DNA of 64,000 bases. It comes from Flavobacteriales bacterium (GTDB lineage Bacteria > Bacteroidota > Bacteroidia > Flavobacteriales_F > PHOS-HE28). Both the position numbers and the translations under genes were made by a program. The stretch is taken from NCBI GenBank assembly GCA_031411095.1, contig JANOAK010000022.1:39866-103865 (forward strand). The letters run 5' to 3'. This document shows positions 17,063-27,700 of this stretch, one piece after another. The notes beneath the pieces are model-generated. The model did no database searches and was not told the DNA's origin. It worked only from the letters and a program-made list of their open reading frames with translations. Numbering within the stretch: the stretch's first letter is position 1; each line of letters opens with the position of its first letter.

Positions 17063-19060
17063 CTAAGGCTGGGTGAGGTCCTTGCGTCGTGGCGTTCGCA
17101 GGAACTGTTTCAGCTGTGCGATATCCACCGGTTTCACCCAGTGCTCATCAATGCCCACTTCCGCTGATCGCTCATGATCCTCCGGCTGACCCCAACCGGT
17201 AAGGGCGACGATATACATGCTAGTGCCCCATGCCTTGGAACGGATCTGCCGGGCCACTTCATATCCATGGAGGTTGGGCAATCCGATATCCAACAGCAAC
17301 AGGTCCGGATCAAATGTTCCCGCGGCCACCATGGCCTCCAGCCCATCATACGCTACGCGTACCGTATGACCACCGTGCCGCAGGAGCGTGGCCAGGGATT
17401 CGGCGGCATCGCGGTTGTCATCAACCACCAGGATACGCTGCTGGATCATTGGGGTGTTGGGTTGTTCTGCGCCGCCGGACCGGGGCGCCATGTGTGATCG
17501 GTTGGCCAGGGGTAGTGTGATGGTGAAGGTGCTGCCGAGGCCGGGGCCTTCACTCGCCGCGGTGATCGTGCCCTTGTGCAGTTCCACAAGCCTCTTGGAC
17601 AGGGTAAGCCCAATGCCCAGTCCGGAAGTGGACCGCTCCAGGCGCACATCCGCCTGAACGAACAGGTCGAAGATGCGGTTGATCTCGTCAGGCGTCATAC
17701 CGATCCCGTCATCAGCAATGGTGATGGTGACCTGGTCGCTTACGCGTGCCATGGATAATTGCACGCGGCCTGCCGCAGCGGTGAATTTTGAGGCATTGTT
17801 CAGCAGGTTGCCGACCACCTGTGCTATGCGCGCACGGTCACCCTGAATGTACAAGGCTTCCGCTGGCAGGGATATGCTCAGCTTCTTATCGGAACCGACC
17901 ATGGCGGCCTGTACGCCTTCGGCCGCCTGGTGGATCACCTGGGCCAATTCCATCCGTTCCATGCGCAGCTCGATCTTGCCCAGGTTCACCCGGCTCACAT
18001 CCATCAGGTCGTCCACCAGACGGACCATTTGCTCCATCTGTCGTTTCATCATGGCCTGCACAGTGTACACATCCACCTGATCCCCGGACCCGTCCGCCCA
18101 CAGTTCCAAACCCGTGCGTAAGGGCGCCAAGGGATTGCGCAGCTCATGGGCCAAGGTGGCCAGGAACTCGCTCTTGCGTTGATCCGATGCGCGCAGCGCT
18201 TCCTCCACCCTATTGCGTTCAGTGATGTCCGTGAAGACCAGGATGAACTTATGATCCTGGGGATGCCCGGTGGGGGTGGCGAACACATTGAACACACGAC
18301 CCATCGCATTCGCGGGCTGTTCAAAACGGACCGATTCGCCGCGGATGGCCACTTTCCCGTAAATATCGATCCACGCCGGGTCCAATCGGGGTACAAGCTC
18401 ACGTAACGTTCGACCTACAACATCGCGTAATCCTGTCTGTACTTCGAATGCGGGGTTCACTTCCAGTAACCGGATGTCGTACGGTGCGCCTTGGGCATCC
18501 AACAGCAGTTGGCACACGCAGCAGCCTTCATCAATGCCCTCGAACAGGTTCCGATAACGGGCTTCACTCGCGGTCAAGGCCTGCTCTGCGCGCTTCAAAG
18601 CAGTAATGTCCTTGGCTGTCCCCAGGAGCCAACCCGGTGTGCCCTCGTTATTGTTGACCAAATTACCGGCGAACTCCACCCAGCGTACATCGCCATCCTT
18701 GCGAATGAATCGCCCTTGGAAGAAAAAGCGTTCGCCCGTTCGCATGAGCGCCAACACCGCCGCGTCGAAACGATCGGCATCCTCCGGGTGAACGAATTCC
18801 TTCCGGAACCGTGCCGCGTTCACCGGCCCCTCACTGGGGTCAATACCGAAGATCGTATATGGCCGATCATTCTCCCAGGTCACCCGGTCCTCATGGATGT
18901 GCCACATCCATATCCCCAGTTCGGCTGCTTCGGTCACCAACCGCAGGCGTTCTTCGCTTGCGCGCAACAATTCCTCCAAGTTTTCCATGGCCGCTCGGGT
19001 CCGCAAAAATAAGGCCGCATTGGACCCTTCCCACCGGGACATCTTTCCCCACAGATCCAA
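17063..19060 (-). CDS. hybrid sensor histidine kinase (PAS-PAS-HisKA-HATPase-REC)
   Basis: H-box LAHELRNPLAP. ATPase boxes NLLNNASKFT, DDGIGM, GLGIGLTLSKRLVELHKG. C-terminal receiver ILVVDDNRD...LLDIGLPNLHG...TGWGQ. Start may be at MENLEELL (18988). Confidence 0.85.
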   Translation of the reverse strand: MDLWGKMSRWEGSNAALFLRTRAAMENLEELLRASEERLRLVTEAAELGIWMWHIHEDRVTWENDRPYTIFGIDPSEGPVNAARFRKEFVHPEDADRFDAAVLALMRTGERFFFQGRFIRKDGDVRWVEFAGNLVNNNEGTPGWLLGTAKDITALKRAEQALTASEARYRNLFEGIDEGCCVCQLLLDAQGAPYDIRLLEVNPAFEVQTGLRDVVGRTLRELVPRLDPAWIDIYGKVAIRGESVRFEQPANAMGRVFNVFATPTGHPQDHKFILVFTDITERNRVEEALRASDQRKSEFLATLAHELRNPLAPLRTGLELWADGSGDQVDVYTVQAMMKRQMEQMVRLVDDLMDVSRVNLGKIELRMERMELAQVIHQAAEGVQAAMVGSDKKLSISLPAEALYIQGDRARIAQVVGNLLNNASKFTAAAGRVQLSMARVSDQVTITIADDGIGMTPDEINRIFDLFVQADVRLERSTSGLGIGLTLSKRLVELHKGTITAASEGPGLGSTFTITLPLANRSHMAPRSGGAEQPNTPMIQQRILVVDDNRDAAESLATLLRHGGHTVRVAYDGLEAMVAAGTFDPDLLLLDIGLPNLHGYEVARQIRSKAWGTSMYIVALTGWGQPEDHERSAEVGIDEHWVKPVDIAQLKQFLRTPRRKDLTQP

Positions 19061-19249
19061 CTGAACACACTACAGTCACCATCTTCGCCCCATGTCCTCC
19101 CCCGCCATCGACAAGTACAACCAGCGACCAGCAGATAAAGGACCGGGGCGGCAGCCATAAGGAGCCGGCTAAACTGCAGGCGTTCACCACGCTGCTGGAC
19201 CACTACGCGGAGAGCCATGGACGCGCATGCTGCATTGCGCAGGCACCGT

Positions 19250-21613
19250 TCATGGGCTCGGCCCAACCGACTCGAACACCTGCACACTTGCCAGTATCCG
19301 GTTGATATCCCCGAGTACCGGAGGCTTCACCAAATGGTGGTCGAAACCGGCTTCCTGCGACCGCCGCTTGTCCTCATCCTGGCCCCAGCCCGTAAGGGCG
19401 ATCAACACCATCCCCGGGCCCCATGCTTCGCTGCGCAGCCGCCGGGCCACTTCGTAACCGTTCATGTTGGGCATACCGATATCCAGCAATACGATCCCGG
19501 GCCTTACGGCGGCGGCCACCGCCAACGCCTGCGCACCATCGTGCGCTTCGTGGACCACATGACCTTGCGCTTTCATCAGCATGGCCAGCGATGTGGCGCC
19601 ATCCACATTGTCATCCACGATCAGCAGCGTGTGCTTCGGCACCTTCGCGAGGGGGCGCTGCGAGGGAAGGGTACGCTCCTCCGGCACTTCGCACAAGGGT
19701 ATCCGCAGGGTGAACGTGCAGCCCTTGTTGCGGCCTTCGCTCACCACGTCCACGGAACCACCATGCATTTCGGCGAGGTTCTTCGTAAGCGAGAGGCCGA
19801 TGCCCAAGCCGCTGGTGTTGCGCTCCAAGGACGTATCGGCCTGCCCGAACAATTCGAAGATCTTCCCCTTCTCATCGGGCTCCAGACCTATACCTGTATC
19901 ACGCACGTGGATGCACGCATGGCCTTCTTCCGCGCTTAAGGTCAATGCGATGCTGCCGTGCGAGGGCGTGAACTTGCTCGCGTTGTTCAAGAGGTTGCCG
20001 ATGGCCTGCACCAACCGTGTTCCGTCACCATGTACATGGAGCGGTGCGGACGGTAGTGAGATGTTGAACACCTGTTGCGCGCTCTCCATCTGCGGCCTTA
20101 TGCTCTCCGCGGCTTGATGGATCAACGGGGCAAGCTCCACGACCGCTTTGCGCAACACGATCTTTCCGTGGCTTATACGGCTCACATCCAACAGATCATC
20201 CACCAAGCGGATCAACTGTCGCATCTGCCGCTTCATCATCGCGTACACCGTGGCCTTTTCGGGGTCAGCGTCCTCGGCCAATAGCTCCAGCCCGTTGTTG
20301 ATGGGAGCGAGCGGGTTGCGCAGTTCGTGGGCCAGCGTGGCCAGGAATTCATCCTTTCGCCGATCGGTTTCGATAAGGGACCTTTCCACACGCTTCTGCT
20401 CGGTGATGTCCACCTGAGTGCCCCAGGCGCGCAGGAACAGGCCGTCCTCTACGATGCCCACCAGGTTGTTGCTGAAGTAGAGGGTGTTCCCCTGCTTGTC
20501 CCGCTCCTCGCTTTCCCCGGCCTGCAACGCGTAGCCACCCGCCATAAAGGCACGGAGGTAAGCTTCGTTCTCCGGGTTGCGGGGCACGAGATCGCCGAAC
20601 CGGGCACCCACCAACTCGCTGCCCTGCGTGAAGCCGTAGATGCCGGCCATGGCATCATTGCATTCCGCCATGTAGGCATGCGCGTACACCCAGTCCAATG
20701 CGGCGTTCTCCGGCAGGTCAATAGGCATGGGCTGTGCAAGTTCGCAGCGCCAGATGCCTTCAGAACTGTTCCGGATGAATGCTTGGTACCGCTGTTCGGA
20801 AGCGTGCACCGCCTGTTCGCTTTCCCGCCGCAGGCGTTCATGCTCCCGCACGGCCTGGGCCAGCCACCACAGCACCACGAGCAACAACACGATCTCGAAC
20901 ACGGTGCGCAACACCGCACCGAATCTGGGATCATAATAGCCGGCCATTTCCCCCAGCTCGCGAAGCATGCTGAACACGATCGGCAGCAGCACCAAGACCG
21001 GTAGTGCGCGCCGGACCATTGCACCGGTGGCGCTCATTTCCAACAGCGTGCGGATGGGATCCTCTTCGGGCAAGCCCGCCATGAGGCCCAAGCCCAGAAG
21101 CATGAAGCAGATGGACGTGTTGAGGGCGATGGTGGATATGGTCGGGAGGAGGTAGAAATGGTGCGCCTGGAACAAATAACCCAACACCGAAAGGGAGGAG
21201 ATCCCGATGCAGAGGCCGGCCCCCACCACCGCCGGTGTGCGCCACGCTCTCCCGAAGGTGGAAAGGATGAGCGCCGCATTGATGATCATGAACATGATGC
21301 TTGCAGGCGGACCCATGCGGCTGGGCGCGTTGGCACCCCGCTGCCCCCAATCAGCGGTCACGAACAACTCATCGATGCCCAGATCCACCTCGAACAGGTG
21401 CTCGCACGCGGTGGCGGCACCGATACAGCCGGCCACCGCAGCACAAAGACGTGCGCCGCTGATGTGCGGCCCGTTCCGCTGCCACAAGGCAGCACCGGAC
21501 AGCACCAGGCCCAGGCCCGTGTTGAAGAACATGGATACACCCACATTGGGCCAGTCGGTGAGCCATGGTATGCCCAGCAACCAGCCCGACATCGTACTGG
21601 CGCCCATGATCAT
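19250..21613 (-). CDS. hybrid sensor histidine kinase with N-terminal multi-TM sensor domain (TM-PAS-HisKA-HATPase-REC), paralog of 17063-19060
   Basis: Same H-box, ATPase and REC motifs. About 8 predicted TM helices N-terminally. The annotated GTG start at 21745 overlaps a degenerate LuxR-HTH remnant, so ATG at 21613 (MIMGAST...) is preferred. True start uncertain. Confidence 0.8.
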   Translation of the reverse strand: MIMGASTMSGWLLGIPWLTDWPNVGVSMFFNTGLGLVLSGAALWQRNGPHISGARLCAAVAGCIGAATACEHLFEVDLGIDELFVTADWGQRGANAPSRMGPPASIMFMIINAALILSTFGRAWRTPAVVGAGLCIGISSLSVLGYLFQAHHFYLLPTISTIALNTSICFMLLGLGLMAGLPEEDPIRTLLEMSATGAMVRRALPVLVLLPIVFSMLRELGEMAGYYDPRFGAVLRTVFEIVLLLVVLWWLAQAVREHERLRRESEQAVHASEQRYQAFIRNSSEGIWRCELAQPMPIDLPENAALDWVYAHAYMAECNDAMAGIYGFTQGSELVGARFGDLVPRNPENEAYLRAFMAGGYALQAGESEERDKQGNTLYFSNNLVGIVEDGLFLRAWGTQVDITEQKRVERSLIETDRRKDEFLATLAHELRNPLAPINNGLELLAEDADPEKATVYAMMKRQMRQLIRLVDDLLDVSRISHGKIVLRKAVVELAPLIHQAAESIRPQMESAQQVFNISLPSAPLHVHGDGTRLVQAIGNLLNNASKFTPSHGSIALTLSAEEGHACIHVRDTGIGLEPDEKGKIFELFGQADTSLERNTSGLGIGLSLTKNLAEMHGGSVDVVSEGRNKGCTFTLRIPLCEVPEERTLPSQRPLAKVPKHTLLIVDDNVDGATSLAMLMKAQGHVVHEAHDGAQALAVAAAVRPGIVLLDIGMPNMNGYEVARRLRSEAWGPGMVLIALTGWGQDEDKRRSQEAGFDHHLVKPPVLGDINRILASVQVFESVGPSP

Positions 21614-21704
21614 GACGATCAACGCGGCCGCACGGGGTATCCATTGGGCCAGGTGGGATGGCGAGATCAATCGACAGGGCGTCTTTTGGTCTAGCGAATA
21701 TAAT

Positions 21705-21810
21705 CGCGCGCACCGCGCGAACGTGTACCGGAAATGGGTGTGCACACCCGGCTCGAACTGCTATACAAGGCCGTGGAATTGGGCGTGGTGGCCTGCCAGT
21801 GTGGTGGACA
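21705..21810 (+). pseudogene. degenerate, frameshifted copy of LuxR-HTH coding fragment
   Basis: CGCGCGAACGTGTACCGGAAATGGGTGTGCACACCCGGCTCGAACTGCTATACAAGGCCGTGGAATTGGGCGTGGTGGCCTGCC is ~85% identical to 16868-16960. Missing one G, which breaks the frame. Confidence 0.45.
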
Positions 21811-21939
21811 CCGGGGTAGGGACGATCGGCAGCAGACAGGGGTACGACCGGAGTTGTGAAAACCCCGCCAGGGCCTGGGGCAACTACCTACCGTATTCGC
21901 GAGGCTCCGCGCTCTGGCGGAGCCGAAGCGATCGTTCAT

Positions 21940-22330
21940 TCACGGTGTCACTTAAGGACCAAGGCCAAAGCCGCGCCTGCGGCCACTTAAAAAGCTTCGA
22001 GGCTCAAAAGCTTAAAGGCCCTCAGCCAGCGCAGCCACTCTGTCACCTGAGCTCGAGGCTCGAGGCCAACGCAGTGCCACCGGCAACTGAAAAAGCTTCG
22101 AGGCTCAAAAGCCAAAAGGCATAAAGCCAGCGCAGCCACTGTGACACCTGAGCCTGAAGTCTGAGGCCAACGCCGAGCCAGCGGAAACTGAAAAAGCTCG
22201 TGGCCCAAAGGCTCAAAGGCCTTCAGCCAGCGCAGCCACTGTGTCACCTGTGCTCGAGGCTCGAAGCCATCGCAATCTTCGAGGCTCAGAGGCTCAAAAG
22301 GCCCAAGCCAGCGCAGCCACGGGTCACCTA
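21940..22330. repeat. block of degenerate ~100-bp tandem repeats (AAAAGCTTCGAGGCTCAAAAGC...CAGCCAGCGCAGCCACTGTG...)
   Basis: 3-4 imperfect units seen directly. No credible ORF. Shares short blocks (TTAAGTGGCCGCAGGC, AGGCATAAAG, CCAAAGGCC) with the repeat block at 29190-29470. Confidence 0.6.
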
Positions 22331-22500
22331 TATGTGTCGTCCTGAAAAAGGATGACCAGTTGTGTCAACCTTGGGCAAGATAAGACACCTACTTTAACAG
22401 TGAATTTTTGTTTTGCCGCAGGCTGAGTTGTTCCGGGAGGCCATGGGCAGGAGCCTGTTGGCTTGCACTAAGGATTTGGCCTTCCGGATCAACTCATTCA
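22331..22500 (+). promoter_or_regulatory. putative CRISPR leader (AT-rich)
   Basis: Locally AT-rich (…TTTAACAGTGAATTTTTGTTTTGCC…). Immediately 5' of the first repeat in the inferred direction of array transcription. Confidence 0.4.
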
Positions 22501-23325
22501 GCTGTGATCTGATACCGAGTCGCGTTCTTTGAGAGGGCCTCATGGGTTGTAGCGTTGCTTACAGTGCTGTGATCTGATACCGAGTCGCGTTCTTTGAGAG
22601 GAACGACGCCGACAAGGCCCAACGTCAGCAGGCTGTGATCTGATACCGAGTCGCGTTCTTTGAGAGGCTCGCGCCAGTCGTCGAGCTTCTTCTGGATGCT
22701 GTGATCTGATACCGAGTCGCGTTCTTTGAGAGGTCTACTTCGCTTGCGCCCTTGGCGGGCTTGGCTGTGATCTGATACCGAGTCGCGTTCTTTGAGAGGA
22801 TGCGTTGGTGGCTTGCCCCGTCAAGGCCGGCTGTGATCTGATACCGAGTCGCGTTCTTTGAGAGGCTGCGTGCGTTACGATGCTCACCTTGTTGTGCTGT
22901 GATCTGATACCGAGTCGCGTTCTTTGAGAGGCCTTGTGCCGTTTCAACACGCCGATCACAGCTGTGATCTGATACCGAGTCGCGTTCTTTGAGAGGGGAA
23001 CCGAAGACCGGCACCACCCGAGTAGGGCTGTGATCTGATACCGAGTCGCGTTCTTTGAGAGGCTCGTCCATCAGAATGCCGCTGATGCGGAGCTGTGATC
23101 TGATACCGAGTCGCGTTCTTTGAGAGGGCACCAGCGGAACGCTACAGCTGGCCAGCGGCTGTGATCTGATACCGAGTCGCGTTCTTTGAGAGGATTGCCC
23201 GTACCCTGAGTACGACCGCGACAGCTGTGATCTGATACCGAGTCGCGTTCTTTGAGAGGACCACACACACCGTGAACACAGGCTACCTAGCTGTGATCTG
23301 ATACCGAGTCGCGTTCTTTGAGAGG
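22501..23325 (+). CRISPR. CRISPR array, 13 identical 36-bp repeats GCTGTGATCTGATACCGAGTCGCGTTCTTTGAGAGG, 12 spacers of 29-30 bp
   Basis: Repeats counted by hand. Starts: 22501, 22566, 22632, 22698, 22764, 22830, 22896, 22961, 23027, 23092, 23158, 23224, 23290. Strand is the inferred transcription direction. Confidence 0.97.
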
Positions 23326-23387
23326 AGCACAGGAACGCACTTCTTGTGCTTCAGGCAGTTGTAATGGCACTCGGTGGGAAGAATATC

Positions 23388-23414
23388 GCTGTGGGACCCC
23401 TCGGGTCCCACAGC
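23388..23414. terminator. 12-bp-stem hairpin GCTGTGGGACCC-ctc-GGGTCCCACAGC between cas2 stop and array
   Basis: Seen directly. Likely terminator for the cas9-cas1-cas2 transcript (minus strand) and insulator from array read-through. Confidence 0.5.
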
Positions 23415-23434
23415 GGCTTCCCGAATTACCAGCC

Positions 23435-23794
23435 CTAGAAAAGCTCCAGCTGGCTCGGGGCAGGAGCGAGGGCTTCTCGTACCCGACCCAGTATGTTGAT
23501 CATCCCGCTGTATTGCTTGTCGGTGATCTGGAGGATTGTCACTTGACCTTCCTTGGGAACGAACTTCTGCACGCGTTTGATGTGGACCAGCATGCTTTCG
23601 CGACTGGCACAATGCCGGGTGTACACGCTGAACTGGAGCATGTTGAACCCATCGGCCATGATGTGCTTGCGGAAGTGCGTGTAAATGTGGCGGTATTCCC
23701 GTGTGCTCGTAGGCAGATCGAAGAAAACGAAGAGCCACATGATCCGATACGCGTTCAGGCAATAGTGCGTGTTGCGCCCTTTGTGTGTGCCCAT
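23435..23794 (-). CDS. cas2: CRISPR-associated endoribonuclease Cas2 (type II)
   Basis: 119 aa. Bacteroidota II-C Cas2 signature ...YRIMWLFVFFDLPT...FRKHIMADGFNMLQFSVYTRHCASRE... Confidence 0.9.
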   Translation of the reverse strand: MGTHKGRNTHYCLNAYRIMWLFVFFDLPTSTREYRHIYTHFRKHIMADGFNMLQFSVYTRHCASRESMLVHIKRVQKFVPKEGQVTILQITDKQYSGMINILGRVREALAPAPSQLELF

Positions 23795-23798
23795 GGGT

Positions 23799-24692
23799 TC
23801 ATCGGAGTACAGGATAGTTCAATTTGCGACCCTCCTTCTCGAAACAACCCACCAGGCTTTGCGCGGTGCGGTGCAGTGCTACCATCATGGGGCCTTTCTT
23901 TCCGTCCTGTTTTACGTCGGCCAGCACCGTGCCGATCAGTTGGGCTTTCGCACGTTTGTCCAACTCATCAATGCCAAGTTGTAGTAGTTCCACCACCTCA
24001 GCATCGATGTATGGTCGGTATGGCTCCATAAGGTCGTCCGCTAAGCAGAAAGCGTTGTATTTATTGCTATGGTGAATGCCCAATGTGGGCAACAATCCGG
24101 CGGCCACTATTGCCCGCGCAGTAGCGGCACGGAGTACCGAATACCCATAATTCAAAGCGGCATTTGGCCAGGCACCTTCGCGCTCGCGACGGAATTCGTG
24201 CAGGAACAATTGTCCCCAATAGGCTTTGGCCGCGCGCGCCTCGTGGTTCTCGCTATCACCACTTTTCACATCACTGGCCATTTGGCGCAGGGCTTGGCCG
24301 TCCTTGCCCAGCGTATCCAACATACCGGCCTGGTTCAGGATCTTGGCTTTTACGGTTTGCTGCCAGAGCTGTTTGGTCAAGGGCAGGCTGGCTTCGATCT
24401 GCTTCTTGAAGCGGTGGTGCTGAAGCACATTGCCACTAAGCGGAAGGAGCAGGCCAGCAGGGTGGTAATCAGCGCCACAGAACACGACGGCCACGTTGTG
24501 CGCCATCAGTTCCTGCATGGCGGCGTGGGTGTAGGTAAGCTGTGGGTGCTCCAGCATCAGCACCGCCGTGTCCTCAATGGGGCGGTTGATGATCTCGCCT
24601 GTGTCTTTGTTGGTGATGACCAACTGGCTCAGCCTTACCGAGAGGTGGTAAGGCTGGCTGAAATGGAGGATGCGTCCGACCATAGTTTGCAC
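23799..24692 (-). CDS. cas1: CRISPR-associated endonuclease Cas1 (type II)
   Basis: 297 aa. Cas1 fold motifs (NYGYSVLRA, LGIHHSNKYNAFCLADDLMEPYRP). Ends 4 bp before the cas2 start. Confidence 0.95.
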   Translation of the reverse strand: MQTMVGRILHFSQPYHLSVRLSQLVITNKDTGEIINRPIEDTAVLMLEHPQLTYTHAAMQELMAHNVAVVFCGADYHPAGLLLPLSGNVLQHHRFKKQIEASLPLTKQLWQQTVKAKILNQAGMLDTLGKDGQALRQMASDVKSGDSENHEARAAKAYWGQLFLHEFRREREGAWPNAALNYGYSVLRAATARAIVAAGLLPTLGIHHSNKYNAFCLADDLMEPYRPYIDAEVVELLQLGIDELDKRAKAQLIGTVLADVKQDGKKGPMMVALHRTAQSLVGCFEKEGRKLNYPVLR

Positions 24693-24743
24693 TTCTACGG
24701 AGAAGCGCTTGCCAAGGATCGGGCCAAGTGAGGTGGCTGCCTT

Positions 24744-27700
24744 CTACGCCATTAGGAAGGCCTTGCTGGGTAAGGGTTCCAGTTCAATGTCGATTCCATC
24801 AATAAGCATCTTTAGCGCATTGATGTTCATACGCAACCATCCCAAGGGAGCGTCGAGCCGCCACACTTCTATGAATTCGATCTCCGTGTCGCTACGGGAA
24901 TCGAGAACGTTCAAGAGATTGATGCGGCCATCACCCTCAAAGTAGCGGATGACAAACGTCCGCTTGTTCATTTCGACCGGATCGTCCCAATGGATCTCAT
25001 CAGATGACTCATTATATAGCACGACCAATTGCCCAGAGGTAAGAACGAGGCGCTTTCCATTGCGCTCCATCAACTTGAATGCAGTGCGTTTCGGATCAGG
25101 ATGGAGTAGCGGGATCGCACCGGCCATGGAGGATCTGCCACGTTTCCCGTGCATGGCCTGTACCACCTCGAACAAGCTGAAATTGTAGTGGGTTCGCTTG
25201 CCCTTGTCGGTTTCATAAAGCGCCATAACGGGGGCCTCTTCATTGGCTACCCATAGATGGTGTTTGTGCGGTGCATCTGGCCGCTGATCCCTGTGCTCCT
25301 TTATTGCCACAGGGTTCTTTACCCTGTCGAACACGCGGGCATGTTTCACGATACGAACGACCGGCTCACCATTGAATTTCCCCTTCCACTTCAGCCCACG
25401 GTCACTCTCAATAGCCACAGGATCTGCTTCAAGCAACGCTTCTCGCAATTTGGGGTCCACCACCTTGGCCATGTCCGCCTTGCTCATGCCCACTATCGGT
25501 TTCCGCAGCACCACATGTTCCTCGAATTCCTCAGTGCCAGGTTTATTCAGCTTGATCTTGCCATAGTACGTGTCCTTGTGCAGGGATCCGCGCACGCTGT
25601 CGCCTTGCGCCTTCACCTCCACCACACGCCCATCTTTCAGTTTCACCTTTCGATCATATACGCTCGTGCGCCCAATGCTCGGCTTGCGCACATGGTACAC
25701 TAGAGCCGAATCGCGCAGGTTGCGCATGTCCGTTCCAAAGGTCTTCCATGGGTGTTCGAAGCTCGCGGTCACATCCTTTTCGTCATGCTCTTCATAGTGG
25801 TGCGCTAGTGCATTGAACTCGGCCTTGTCCACGGCGGCGCAAACAGCAGCATCCACAGCGTGGTGCGTGTGCTTGCTCCGGTCTTTCGCATGCACGAAGC
25901 TCTCACCCATCCATTCTTTTCGGAAAGCGCTAAGTGCTTCTGGCTTCAGGCAGTCTACCCGGTTGAAGTAACTGTTCATGTACGCCCTTGCCAGCTTGGT
26001 GATCTGCCCGGTGGCTACCAATTGGCGGTTCATGAATCCCGGTTTGATCTCTTCGGCAGTCAAGTGTTCGTACTTGGTGCGCCAATAGTCGCGGAAGAAT
26101 TGGTTGAACCAACGGTCCTGAATCGCCTTATCCTTTGCCTCTTTCGTAGCCGCGCTCTTGCTGCTCATCTTGCAGGCATAGACGGTACGGTCGTACTTGT
26201 CATAGAGCTTCTTGATCACTTCGGCTGTTTCCTTGATGCCGGGCAACATCTTGCCTTGCACCATGACTTCTTTATCGTAGTTCGGCAGCCTGGCGGGCAT
26301 GTGTTCTTTCTTGATCGTCCGGTTGTAGGTCGTGTCGCACAGCATTTTATTGGCCATGCTGTTATCCACGGTCTTGCTGCGCGGCCAGGTGTGCTCGATC
26401 TCCACACTGCCATTGAACAGGTCCGCAACTCCGAACTCCTTACCGGTGTATATGCACATCACTCTTCCGAAGATCTCCCGTGTCTCCTCAAGCAGCCACA
26501 TACGTTCGATGTCCTCGTCGCTGGGGTTGGTGTGTTTGCCTACGGTGGCGAAGTACTCCTTCACTGCAGTTTCTGCGCTCACGTTCTTCTTGCGCATCAC
26601 CGTTTGGTAGCGTTCCCATGCCTTGCGCTTGTTCGCGCTGTCGAGGTCGCGCGCCATTTCGATGTTCACCTGTGTTTTCCGGTCGATCAATCCGGCCTTG
26701 ATCATCTTGTTGATCAACATACGCAGGCTGTGCAGCGAGCGGTACACCATCGGGTTCTTAAGGCCGGGCGTCTTCGGGTCGCCGAGCTTGTCGCCGTGGT
26801 CCTTGTAGATGTTGATGGCGCTATGGTGGTAAAGCTTGTCCACATCTTTGGGCAGCAGACCGAAGTTGTCCATCAACCATTGTTTCACGCGATCGTCACG
26901 CCTAAGCAGCGGTTCGAACTGTACCTTCTGATGGTTCTCGATATGATGGAGGAATAAGGCCTTTACCTTTTCCCTTAAGGCGCTAATCACAACAGTGCTC
27001 TTGCTTCGCTTCTGTTCCAGGGAAAGCGTTTCGTCGATCCCTTTTCGTAGTTGTTCATCCCATGCACTGTTCCAGAATCCCTTGCGCCCACCTTCTTCGC
27101 CAAGCGAATCGCGATAGTGGCGGATGAGCCCATTGAACAGGAGCATTTCGACATTGTAGTCGCGGTGGTCCGCAATGCGCTCACGAATACCATTGCGTAT
27201 GGCTTCGCGATCCGATGCGCTCATGGCTGCCCAGCGATCATCCACCTTGGGAAGGAGGTGGCCACTTGGTCCTTTGACCATCTCCGTGACGAACTTTCCA
27301 TCCTTTCCATCCACCTTATGTACCACCTTGAAAATGGAAGGTAGGTTTGCCAGCATCACCGCATCGTGGTAGCCCATTGGGAGCTGCCCATCGATTCCAT
27401 ACATGAGCGGAATGATTCGACCCAGCGCACGGGTGCTGAGGTTATGATAGCCTTGCTTAGTATCGAACTTCTCCAGCAGCTTCAACTGCTCTTCATCGAA
27501 GTTCCATTGGGTAATAGCGTATTCCTTCAAGTCCCGCTTGCCACCAGTATCCTGCCCCTTGGCTTTGCGTTCGCTCAGGTCTGCCCAATCAAAAGCGTTA
27601 TAGATCACGCTGTATCGGTCCACCCACAGCTTGCGCTCATGGGCCTTGTCGTCTTCCATGGCACCAAAGGCATCCACGAGGGTCATTACATCCACCTTCC

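Noticed and set aside
21613-21745. N-terminal extension of hybrid kinase 2 (GTG start at 21745; MHTHFRYTFARC…)
   Set aside because: This segment is the reverse-strand translation of the duplicated LuxR-HTH DNA. The same artefact appears opposite the first copy (ORF 16476-16934). A downstream ATG gives a sensible membrane-domain start.
22625-23266. 213-aa minus-strand ORF with internally repeated peptide (…QRTRLGIRSQ…), plus two other short minus-strand ORFs
   Set aside because: They are translations of the CRISPR array. The periodic peptide is the translated repeat.
22501-23325. Alternative model: array transcribed on the minus strand together with the cas operon
   Set aside because: The only anti-repeat would then pair with the repeat's 3' end, which is trimmed away. 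The terminator would also sit 5' of the anti-repeat. The AT-rich leader is on the left side.
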